Origin: Eggerthellaceae bacterium
GTDB lineage: Bacteria; Actinomycetota; Coriobacteriia; Coriobacteriales; Eggerthellaceae
DNA: 24,000 nucleotides
Assembly: GCA_050945155.1 (NCBI GenBank)
Contig: JBMNSK010000018.1
Coordinates: 1-24,000 of the forward strand
Direction of reading: 5' to 3'
Shown: positions 16,662 through 24,000 of the stretch, piece after piece
Position numbering within the stretch: the first letter of the stretch is position 1
Layout: every line of letters begins with the position of its first letter
Notes under the pieces: model-generated
Databases searched by the model: none
Told to the model about the DNA's origin: nothing
What the model saw: only the letters and a program-made list of their open reading frames with translations
Translations under genes and position numbers: made by a program

Positions 16662-17645
16662 GTGTCCAACGAAGTTACCGTAGCTGTTGACGCCATGGGA
16701 GGCGACAACGCTCCGTCAGTCGTCATCGAGGGAGTAGACGGCGCACTGAAAGAAGATAAAGACCTTCATGTATTGCTCTGTGGCCCGGCTGAAATCGTAG
16801 AGCCTTTTGCAGCTGAACACGAACGCTGCACTGCACGGGTGACAACCGAGGTTATTTCTATGGAGGAGCACCCCGCTAATGCCGTGCGTGAAAAGAAGGA
16901 CTCATCTCTTGTTGTGGGTTGTAAGGCGGTAAAAGAAGCCGAAGCGCAAGGATTTTTTTCCGCCGGCTCTACGGGGGCCTGTCTTGCAGCGGGTATCCTG
17001 GTAGTCGGTCGCATTCATGGCGTACAGCGTCCCGCACTCCTTACAGTTATCCCTGCATCGAAGCGTCCCGTTTTGCTGACTGATGTTGGCGCAAACGCTG
17101 ATTGTAAGCCGGAGTATCTCTTGCAGTTTGGTCAAATGGCAACTGTCTTTGCAGAAAAAATTATGGGCATAGAAGATCCAAAAGCAGCACTTCTTAACAT
17201 AGGTGAGGAAGAAACTAAGGGTTCACAGGCTGCGCTCGAGGCTCATGAGATTTTGAAAGAAAACCTTCCTAACTTCGTGGGGAACGCCGAAGGCGGCGAC
17301 ATCATGAATGGAAGTTTCGACATTATTATCACTGATGGATTTACCGGGAATGTTTGTTTAAAGACCATCGAAGGTACTGCGAAAACGATGTTTTCAGCCA
17401 TTAAGGACGTGTTAAAGTCGAGTGCAGTTCGATCTTTAGGTGGCCTCATGATTAAAAGTGGGCTTAAAGAAGTGGCAGGCGGTCTTATGGCAGACAGTAT
17501 CGGCGGAGCTCCGCTTTTGGGGGTAAAAGGAGCCTGTGTTGTTGGTCACGGGTCATCTTCTTCTACTGCCATTAAAAACGGGGTTCTTACAACTGCCCGT
17601 ATGGCGCGCCTCCAAGTTTCTGAAATAATCGCACAAACTGTGTAA
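16662..17645 (+). CDS. plsX: Phosphate acyltransferase PlsX
   Basis: 327 aa with a GTG start 8 nt after GGAGGGG. N-terminus VAVDAMGGDNAP, then GNVCLKTIEG and VVGHGSS motifs. Confidence 0.93.
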   Translation: MSNEVTVAVDAMGGDNAPSVVIEGVDGALKEDKDLHVLLCGPAEIVEPFAAEHERCTARVTTEVISMEEHPANAVREKKDSSLVVGCKAVKEAEAQGFFSAGSTGACLAAGILVVGRIHGVQRPALLTVIPASKRPVLLTDVGANADCKPEYLLQFGQMATVFAEKIMGIEDPKAALLNIGEEETKGSQAALEAHEILKENLPNFVGNAEGGDIMNGSFDIIITDGFTGNVCLKTIEGTAKTMFSAIKDVLKSSAVRSLGGLMIKSGLKEVAGGLMADSIGGAPLLGVKGACVVGHGSSSSTAIKNGVLTTARMARLQVSEIIAQTV

Positions 17646-17679
17646 TAAGCAGGTTTTATATGCTTGTTGTAGGTACAAT

Positions 17680-18570
17680 GTGCTTATGGAACTGACAGAA
17701 GAACAACAGACAAACCTCAAGCGTGCAGAGCAGATAATTGGCTACGAGTTCAAAGACAAGGGCCTTTTGCTCTCTGCTATCACACACCCGTCTGCTATTG
17801 AAGGGCGGCCCATCAAGTATTCTTACGAGCGTCTTGAGTTTTTAGGCGATAGCATCATGGGCGCTATAGTTGCTACTGTTGCCTTCAATCGTTTTCATGA
17901 TATCGATGAAGGTGGACTTACTCGAATCAAAGCCGCTTTAGTTTCGGGTACCCATCTTTCTGAGTTAGCTGAAAATCTTGGCTTTGCCGATGTTATTGTT
18001 TTTGGCTCTTCGGAGACCGGTACAGGCAAGCGCGGACTTCACTCCGCTCTTGAAAATGTCTACGAAGCCGTAGTAGCTGCGCTATATTTGGACGGCGGCA
18101 TTACTGCGGCGAGTGAATTTGTCAATGCAACACTGATACCCTGCATGTCCTTGGAAATGGCTGAGGAGCCTGAAAATCCAAAGAGTGCTTTGCAGGAGCG
18201 CCTCCAAGAAGACGGAATTACACCAACATACCGCCTGATTGAGACGCAAGGTCCTCCGCATGACAGAACCTTTATCGCTCAGGTCTATGCTGGCACGCAT
18301 GCGCTTGCACGTGGGCGGGGGCGTACCAAAAAGGAAGCTGAACGTCAGGCAGCAAAAAGCACGCTTGCTCGTTTGACCGAGTTCCTTGGTATAAGCTCTG
18401 AGACGAGCAATGAGAAATCTGGCACGCAGAAGAAGGAAAAGGCCAAGAAAAACGCCAAATCGAAAGAAGAGGCGCGCGCAAGAAAAGCGGCACGTAAAGA
18501 AGAACAGGCGCAGGCAAAAGCTCTGAAGAAGGCACAGAAGAGCGCCAAACGGAAACAAACTCAGGACTAG
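17680..18570 (+). CDS. rnc: Ribonuclease III with a lysine-rich C-terminal extension
   Basis: 296 aa with the catalytic signature ERLEFLGDS, YEAVVAALYLDGG and a dsRBD (PKSALQERLQ ... GRTKKEAERQAAKSTL). About 60 extra K/A/E-rich residues follow. The start is GTG 17680 or ATG 17686. Confidence 0.92.
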   Translation: MLMELTEEQQTNLKRAEQIIGYEFKDKGLLLSAITHPSAIEGRPIKYSYERLEFLGDSIMGAIVATVAFNRFHDIDEGGLTRIKAALVSGTHLSELAENLGFADVIVFGSSETGTGKRGLHSALENVYEAVVAALYLDGGITAASEFVNATLIPCMSLEMAEEPENPKSALQERLQEDGITPTYRLIETQGPPHDRTFIAQVYAGTHALARGRGRTKKEAERQAAKSTLARLTEFLGISSETSNEKSGTQKKEKAKKNAKSKEEARARKAARKEEQAQAKALKKAQKSAKRKQTQD

Positions 18571-18572
18571 GA

Positions 18573-21500
18573 ATGTATCTCAAATCACTTGTGCTTAAAG
18601 GTTTCAAGTCCTTTGCTGATAGAAGTGTCTTAAACCTCGAACCTGGAATCACTGCCATTGTTGGACCAAACGGTTCTGGAAAATCAAATATCGTAGATGC
18701 TGTTCTTTGGGTTTTGGGGGAGCGTAATGCGCGTCACCTGCGTGGACAGGCAATGGAAGATGTAATCTTTGCCGGATCAAGTGTCCGTAAGCCAGTGGGG
18801 ATTGCTGAAGTAGACCTGGTTCTTGATAACTCTGATGGCACAATTGCAGTCGACTTTGACGAACTGGTCATTTCACGTCGTATGTACCGTAATGGTGAGA
18901 GCGAATATCTGGTAAATGGAACAGTCGTCAGAAGGATGGATGTTCTTGACATCCTCCATGATTCTGGACTTGGTACTGGAACCCATTCGATTATTTCTCA
19001 GGGAAGCCTAGATTCCGTTCTGCAGTCGAGTCCGGAAGAGAGGCGAGCTCTTATTGAGGAAGCTGCCGGCGTTTTAAAGCACAAGCAGCGCCGCGAGAAA
19101 AGTGAAAGAAAGCTTGCTTCCATGGAGGCAAACTTAAACCGAGTACAAGATCTTGCAGCTGAACTCAAGCGACAACTCGGACCTCTTGAGCGCAAGGCGA
19201 AGCGAGCCATTACCTACCAAAGTCTTTCCCAAGAAGCTGCGGAACTTAATTTGGCCCTGGCTGTAGACCGGCTACGCAGTCTTAAGCTTGAGTGGGAAGA
19301 AATTCTGAAAAAAGAAGAAGCTCTCTCAAAGGAACTCTCGGAGAAGAAGGATAGCAGCGATAGGTTTGAACAGGCGGTAAGCGGTCTTCAAGCTCAAATT
19401 CGTGAAGGTAGTGTCGAAGAAGGAAAGGTTCGCCAGGATTATCAACGCGCAAGTTCTGTTTCAGACCGTGTCGATTCGGCAACCTTGCTCATTCATGAGA
19501 AGCTTCGCGCGGCCCAGGATTACGAAGCAGATATCCGGATTAGCCGCGAAGAGAGTGCTGAGCGCCTTACACATGCAAAAAGAGAAAAAGAAGCAAGTCA
19601 GGAACGCCTCAATGAAGTAAGCGCAGCTATGCAGACAGCACAAGAAAAAGTTGACGCGCTGCACTTGCAAAAAAATGAGGCAAAGAATGTCTTGGAAGAT
19701 GCAGAATCGAGGGCTCAGGCCATCTTAGAACGCATACAAGAGATTCATGATGCTGAAGATCAAGCTAAGCGCAAACGCGAGTCACTCCAGGACCGTATTT
19801 CTCAAGCGAATGCACAAACGCATCTTGTGCAAGCTCGACGTATGGAACTCGAGGGTCGCATAGATAAGGCACAAAAGAACCTCGAATTGCTTCAAGGTGA
19901 TTTAGAAGATAAACGAAAAGCCATTGCCCAACTTGAAGCGAGTGTTGCGCATCAGACAGATGTAACACAGTCTGCAGCTGAAGAAAGGGATAAGGCAAGG
20001 ACTGCTCTTGATACCGCGAATGGAGATCTCGCCCGCTTGAGAGGCGAGCGTGATGCTGAAGCTGCCAAGAGCTTTGAAGATCCCGCTTTGGCTTGGTTAC
20101 TTGAACACAAGCAAGATCTGCCGGTTCGAATTGATCGACTTGTGAAATCGCTCACGGTACCGCAGGGTATGGAAGTTTTGGTCGAGCACCTCCTCGGGCA
20201 AGATTCGCAGGCGGTTGTGGTTGATGATGCTGACGGTGCTAAAACAATTTCGCATTCTTTGTCTTTGCAGGCGCGCGGAGGTTCGGTTTCGCTCATTATG
20301 CGCCATGATGCACGCACGCAGAAAACCTCACCAGTGGATTCCGACCACCTTCTTATCAATGAACTGACCTACCCGGAAGAAATGAAAGAAGTGGTTTTCG
20401 CCCTGCTGGGAGACGTCGTTTTGTGTTCTTCACGCGACGAAGCATTTGCTGCACACAAGACCGATACCAAAAATCGCCGTTTTGCATCGCTTGACGGCTG
20501 TGTTGTCTGGCCTCAAGGAAAAGTAAGTATTTTTGGCAAGCCGAAAAATCTCGATGACAGCGTTCTTGGCCATGAACGTGCTCTCAAAGAACTTGAGGCA
20601 AGTTTGAAAGAAGCAGAGCGAAGATGCAGCCGAGCCCAAGACGCTCACCAAAAAGCGGAAGTTCAGGCATCAGAAGCGCAGGATAAACTTTTGGATTTGC
20701 GGCGTACTTTGGCCCAAGACCGCGGAACGGTTGAATCTGTTGAACGGCAGGTACGGAGTGCGCAAGATGAACTTGGCCAGCTAGAAAAAGAAATGGCAGA
20801 AGTCGAGGTGCAGACTCAAAAAATGCGCGCAGACCTCGGCGCGTTAAAGCCAGATTTAACCCAGATTGAAGAAGAAATTGCAAAGCTGCAAAGCGAAGCT
20901 CAGAAAAAGGCTCCTCAACAAAGAGAACTTGAGGAAGAGCTGAAGACTTTGCGTGCCTCAGATAATGAGATTGGTCAACACTTGCAGGCAGCCCAACTTG
21001 AGCTTGCAACGTATTCGGAGCGGCGAGCCTATGCTGCACGCATGGTAGAAACGCGGGAACGCGACATGCAAAATGAGCTACATCAGCAGGAGCAGTCCCA
21101 GGAAAATCTTCTTCGAAAGCTTGTTGCGCAGAAGAGAAGCCGTGCGCTTTTAAAGGTTCTTGAAGCCCTAAGCCAGAGTATGAGCATTCGTATTTCAAGT
21201 CTAGACACGGCGGTACATGCTGCGAAGAACTCTTCGAGTGGTCTTCACGAGCAAGTAGACTCAATGCGCAGGCAAGCACAGCAAGCACGCACGGCTCTTG
21301 ATGAGACGAATAGCCGTATGTCCGAACTTCATGTTGAAAAGGGACGTCTAGAGCTTCAGGTGGAATCTGCTATTAGGGCTATCGAGGAAGATTGCGAAAC
21401 TTCTCTCGATGAGGCGGTAAAGCTCCCAGAACTCAGTGACCGCCATGAAACTGAAGAGCGCTTTTTCAAACTGCAGCGTCGTATTAAGAATATGGGAACT

Positions 21501-22106
21501 ATTAACCCGGACGCGGCAGAAGAGTACGAGGCTCTCAAAGAGCGCTACACCTATCTTGATGCACAATTGCAAGACCTTGAACATGCACGCCAATCGCTCA
21601 AACGTATAGTTCGTGTCATCGACGCGCGTATGAAAGACGATTTCGTAAACACCTTTGATACCGTCAATGCGAACTTCCAAGAAATTTTTAGCCTGCTTTT
21701 TCCGGGTGGGTCTGGATCTTTGGTACTTGATATGCCTGATGACTTGGAAAACACGGGTGTTGAAGTGCAGGTACAACCTTCAGGCAAGCGTATCTTAAAG
21801 ATGGGACTGCTCTCAGGTGGTGAAAAATCTCTCACCGCTTTGGCGCTTCTTTTTGCTGTCTATCGTACCCGTTCAACTCCGTTCTACATCCTTGACGAGG
21901 TTGAGGCTGCGCTTGACGACAGCAATTTAAGACGTCTTATTACCTATCTGGAGTCTTTACGGAAGGACACCCAGCTCATCATGATTACCCACCAGCGTCG
22001 TACGATGGAAATGGCAGATGTTCTTTTCGGCGTCTCGATGCAATCCGATGGTGTCACCAAGGTGGTAAGTCAGCGTCTTGAGCGCGCTCTTGCACAGGCT
22101 CAATAG
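18573..22106 (+). CDS. smc: Chromosome partition protein SMC (housekeeping condensin)
   Basis: 1177 aa with Walker A GPNGSGKSN, long coiled-coil arms and a central hinge. Signature LSGGEKSLTALALLFA and Walker B FYILDEVEAALD. It sits in the conserved rnc-smc-ftsY context. Confidence 0.95.
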   Translation: MYLKSLVLKGFKSFADRSVLNLEPGITAIVGPNGSGKSNIVDAVLWVLGERNARHLRGQAMEDVIFAGSSVRKPVGIAEVDLVLDNSDGTIAVDFDELVISRRMYRNGESEYLVNGTVVRRMDVLDILHDSGLGTGTHSIISQGSLDSVLQSSPEERRALIEEAAGVLKHKQRREKSERKLASMEANLNRVQDLAAELKRQLGPLERKAKRAITYQSLSQEAAELNLALAVDRLRSLKLEWEEILKKEEALSKELSEKKDSSDRFEQAVSGLQAQIREGSVEEGKVRQDYQRASSVSDRVDSATLLIHEKLRAAQDYEADIRISREESAERLTHAKREKEASQERLNEVSAAMQTAQEKVDALHLQKNEAKNVLEDAESRAQAILERIQEIHDAEDQAKRKRESLQDRISQANAQTHLVQARRMELEGRIDKAQKNLELLQGDLEDKRKAIAQLEASVAHQTDVTQSAAEERDKARTALDTANGDLARLRGERDAEAAKSFEDPALAWLLEHKQDLPVRIDRLVKSLTVPQGMEVLVEHLLGQDSQAVVVDDADGAKTISHSLSLQARGGSVSLIMRHDARTQKTSPVDSDHLLINELTYPEEMKEVVFALLGDVVLCSSRDEAFAAHKTDTKNRRFASLDGCVVWPQGKVSIFGKPKNLDDSVLGHERALKELEASLKEAERRCSRAQDAHQKAEVQASEAQDKLLDLRRTLAQDRGTVESVERQVRSAQDELGQLEKEMAEVEVQTQKMRADLGALKPDLTQIEEEIAKLQSEAQKKAPQQRELEEELKTLRASDNEIGQHLQAAQLELATYSERRAYAARMVETRERDMQNELHQQEQSQENLLRKLVAQKRSRALLKVLEALSQSMSIRISSLDTAVHAAKNSSSGLHEQVDSMRRQAQQARTALDETNSRMSELHVEKGRLELQVESAIRAIEEDCETSLDEAVKLPELSDRHETEERFFKLQRRIKNMGTINPDAAEEYEALKERYTYLDAQLQDLEHARQSLKRIVRVIDARMKDDFVNTFDTVNANFQEIFSLLFPGGSGSLVLDMPDDLENTGVEVQVQPSGKRILKMGLLSGGEKSLTALALLFAVYRTRSTPFYILDEVEAALDDSNLRRLITYLESLRKDTQLIMITHQRRTMEMADVLFGVSMQSDGVTKVVSQRLERALAQAQ

Positions 22107-22124
22107 TGTGGAAGGAATAAGAAT

Positions 22125-23051
22125 ATGGGATTTATGAATCGTATAAGTTCTGGTCTTTCTCATTCCCGCGAGCGCTTCCGTGAACGCATGAATGTTTTAC
22201 TCGATCGAGGTCCAGACCTTGACGAAGAATTTTGGGATGGTCTTGAGGAGACCTTAATTCTTGCTGATATCGGGGGAGAGCTAGCAGACGAGATTGTCGA
22301 AGAACTCCGTGATACAGCAACACGACAAGCTTTGCCTGACGCCTACGCAGTTTTAGACCTTTTGAAGGATAAGATTGCAGATGCTTTTGTAGAAGGTGGG
22401 GAAGAGATTTTTAGTGGAGAAGAATCTCTTGTCCTTTTTGTAGGCGTCAATGGGTCAGGAAAAACCACCACGGTTGGCAAGCTTGCTCAAGAGGCAAGCA
22501 ATGCGGGACGTAAGGTGGTTTTGGGTAGCGCTGACACGTTCCGAGCTGCAGCTATCGAACAGCTCGAAGTCTGGGCAGAGCGTGCTCAGGTTCCTATCTG
22601 CATGCGTGAGCGGGGAAGTGACCCAGCGAGTGTTTGCTATGACACTATTGAGCGTGCCGAGAGCCTTGGGGCTGACATGGTGTTAATTGACACAGCAGGG
22701 CGACTTCATACCTCAGCTGACTTGATGCGTGAGCTTGAGAAAGTTGTTTCAGTTGTCAGGAAGCGTTCTCAGATGCCGGTTTTTACGGTTCTGGTTATCG
22801 ATGCAACAACTGGCCAAAACGGACTCGCTCAAGCCCAGGAGTTCGATAAAGCGCTCGATTTGGACGGGCTTATCATTACGAAACTCGATGGAACAGCCAA
22901 AGGTGGTATTGCCTTGGCTGTTTCGCATAATTTGAATCTTCCGGTCGTTAAAATAGGGGTCGGGGAAAAAATTGACGACCTTCGCGATTTTGATGCGCAT
23001 GAATTTGCACAGGCACTCATCGGTGACTTTGGTGAGAGCGGTGCAGAATAA
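22125..23051 (+). CDS. ftsY: Signal recognition particle receptor FtsY (NG domains only, no long acidic A domain)
   Basis: 308 aa with GVNGSGKTTTVGKLA, DTAGRLH and TKLDGTAKGG. RBS GGAAGGA (22110-22116). An alternative start is ATG 22134. Confidence 0.93.
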   Translation: MGFMNRISSGLSHSRERFRERMNVLLDRGPDLDEEFWDGLEETLILADIGGELADEIVEELRDTATRQALPDAYAVLDLLKDKIADAFVEGGEEIFSGEESLVLFVGVNGSGKTTTVGKLAQEASNAGRKVVLGSADTFRAAAIEQLEVWAERAQVPICMRERGSDPASVCYDTIERAESLGADMVLIDTAGRLHTSADLMRELEKVVSVVRKRSQMPVFTVLVIDATTGQNGLAQAQEFDKALDLDGLIITKLDGTAKGGIALAVSHNLNLPVVKIGVGEKIDDLRDFDAHEFAQALIGDFGESGAE

Positions 23052-23076
23052 CTAAGGATATATTTCGAGGACTACT

Positions 23077-24000
23077 ATGTTTGATAATCTCTCTCAGCGT
23101 TTACAAGGTATTTTTTCAGGGCTTAAGGGTAAGGGTCGGCTCACTGAAGATGACATTAATGAAGCCATGCGCGAGATTCGCATGGCACTTCTTGAGGCAG
23201 ACGTAAATTTCAAGGTAGTAAAAAAGTTTGTCGCCCAGGCCAAGGAGCGTTGTTTGCAGGCAGAGATTTTGGAGTCTTTGACGCCTGCCCAAAACGTTAT
23301 CAAAGTCGTTCTTGATGAACTCACAAAACTTCTTGGCGAGACCGACTCAAAGCTTGTTTTAGGGAGTCGCATCCCGAACGTCATCATGCTGGTTGGCCTG
23401 CAGGGCTCCGGTAAAACAACGGCTGCTGCTAAGCTTGCTTATAGGCTCATGCAGGAAAATCACAGTCCACTTCTTGTTGCTTGCGACGTCTACCGTCCTG
23501 CTGCAGCAGACCAGCTTGAAACGCTCGGTAAGGAAATTGGAGCTCGCGTCTTTCGTGAGGATGGCAAAGACCCGGTAACCATTGCACAAGACGGTGTCCA
23601 AGATGCTATCGATAGTCTGCGCGACGTGGTTATTATCGACACGGCAGGCCGTCTGCATGTTGACGAAGAAATGATGGATGAAGCCGAAGCCATCAAGGCG
23701 GCAGTGAAACCAGACCAGATTCTTATGGTGGTTGACGCTATGACCGGCCAAGATGTGGTTAATGTTGCGAATGCGTTTGCTGAACGAGTCGACTTTGACG
23801 GCGTTATTATGTCGAAGATGGACGGCGATGCCCGTGGCGGCGGTGCTTTATCCATTCGTGAGGCAACCGGAAAGCCCATCAAGTTCATTTCCTCTGGAGA
23901 AAAACCTGATTCCCTTGAAGCGTTCCATCCAGACCGTATGGCGAAACGTATCTTGGGTATGGGCGATATGGTGTCGCTCATTGAGACGGCGGTGAAGGTT
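23077..24000 (+). CDS. ffh: Signal recognition particle protein Ffh (3' end beyond the window)
   Basis: Not in the ORF track because there is no stop inside the window. Frame 1 from ATG 23077 reads MFDNLSQRLQGIFSGLKGKGRLTEDDINEAMREIRMALLEADVNFKVVKKF ... LVGLQGSGKTT ... DTAGRLH ... SKMDGDARGG. These are canonical Ffh N and G domains. Confidence 0.93.
   Translation, partial: MFDNLSQRLQGIFSGLKGKGRLTEDDINEAMREIRMALLEADVNFKVVKKFVAQAKERCLQAEILESLTPAQNVIKVVLDELTKLLGETDSKLVLGSRIPNVIMLVGLQGSGKTTAAAKLAYRLMQENHSPLLVACDVYRPAAADQLETLGKEIGARVFREDGKDPVTIAQDGVQDAIDSLRDVVIIDTAGRLHVDEEMMDEAEAIKAAVKPDQILMVVDAMTGQDVVNVANAFAERVDFDGVIMSKMDGDARGGGALSIREATGKPIKFISSGEKPDSLEAFHPDRMAKRILGMGDMVSLIETAVKV

Noticed and set aside
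18082-18658. Overlapping minus-strand ORFs (158, 128 and 67 aa) lie across the 3' end of rnc.
   Set aside because: They are the mirror image of the Lys/Ala/Glu-rich tail coding region (AAG/GCA/GAA repeats read as Phe/Leu/Cys/Ser on the opposite strand). There is no independent coding evidence.
20584-21288. A 234-aa antisense ORF lies inside smc, along with several other 60-140 aa antisense or alternate-frame ORFs between 18649 and 21835.
   Set aside because: Long repetitive coiled-coil coding sequence rich in GAA/GCA/CAG codons leaves the opposite strand stop-poor. The translations are Leu/Ser/Ala/Pro-rich with no motifs or RBS.
18573-22106. The SMC-family ATPase could be a component of an SMC-based defense system (Wadjet, Lamassu or similar).
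   Set aside because: It is full-length (1177 aa), has canonical head, hinge and signature motifs, and sits in the universal rnc-smc-ftsY housekeeping context. No JetA/B/D, LmuA/B or nuclease partners are adjacent.
23094-23981. Three sizeable minus-strand ORFs (97, 130 and 163 aa) are listed in the track over the last kilobase.
   Set aside because: The + strand frame 1 across the same region encodes an unmistakable Ffh (GLQGSGKTT, DTAGRLH, DGDARGG). It is missing from the track only because it has no stop within the window. The antisense ORFs have low-complexity Ser/Ala/Arg-rich composition and no start context.
1-24000. I scanned for CRISPR repeats, IS or transposase ORFs, integrases, long direct or inverted repeats, and toxin-antitoxin-sized gene pairs.
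   Set aside because: None was seen by eye. Every intergenic gap is 216 nt or shorter and is explained by promoters or terminators, and every ORF above about 100 aa not overlapping a called gene is accounted for. A computational repeat search (self dot-plot) was not possible here and would be the decisive check.

Overview
No novel multi-gene system, mobile element, CRISPR array, tRNA/rRNA gene or obvious accessory island is visible in this window. It reads as an ordinary, densely packed core-genome block of a Gram-positive bacterium. That call rests on B. subtilis-like synteny (rpe ... rpmB / yloU-yloV-recG ... yceD-rpmF-plsX-rnc-smc-ftsY-ffh). Moderate GC by eye and acidic or basic protein extensions hint at Coriobacteriia or Actinobacteria, but that is only a guess. 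I call 25 protein genes. All are on the + strand except two, an Ogt-like gene and rpmB. In order they are: a DUF512-type fragment, der, plsY, gpsA, Ogt-like (-), rpe, a NifS-like cysteine desulfurase, a PHP phosphatase, Nif3, a DUF164 zinc-ribbon protein, queD, rpmB (-), asp23, the DAK2/FakA-like yloV, recG, rsmD, coaD, a conserved coiled-coil protein, yceD, rpmF, plsX, rnc, smc, ftsY and ffh (3' partial). Two of these are absent from the ORF track and were found by direct reading: rpmF (59 aa, below the size cutoff) and ffh (runs off the window end). Spurious antisense ORFs are listed over ffh instead. The most unusual single observation is an O6-alkylguanine-DNA alkyltransferase homolog that contains no cysteine at all; its active-site PCHRV motif reads PDHRV. 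Lesser oddities are a lysine-rich C-terminal tail of about 60 aa on RNase III, an uncharacterised coiled-coil gene coupled to yceD, a Nif3-DUF164-QueD arrangement, and a tightly overlapping rpe-nifS-PHP operon. Product calls come from motif recognition by eye. No database searches were run.
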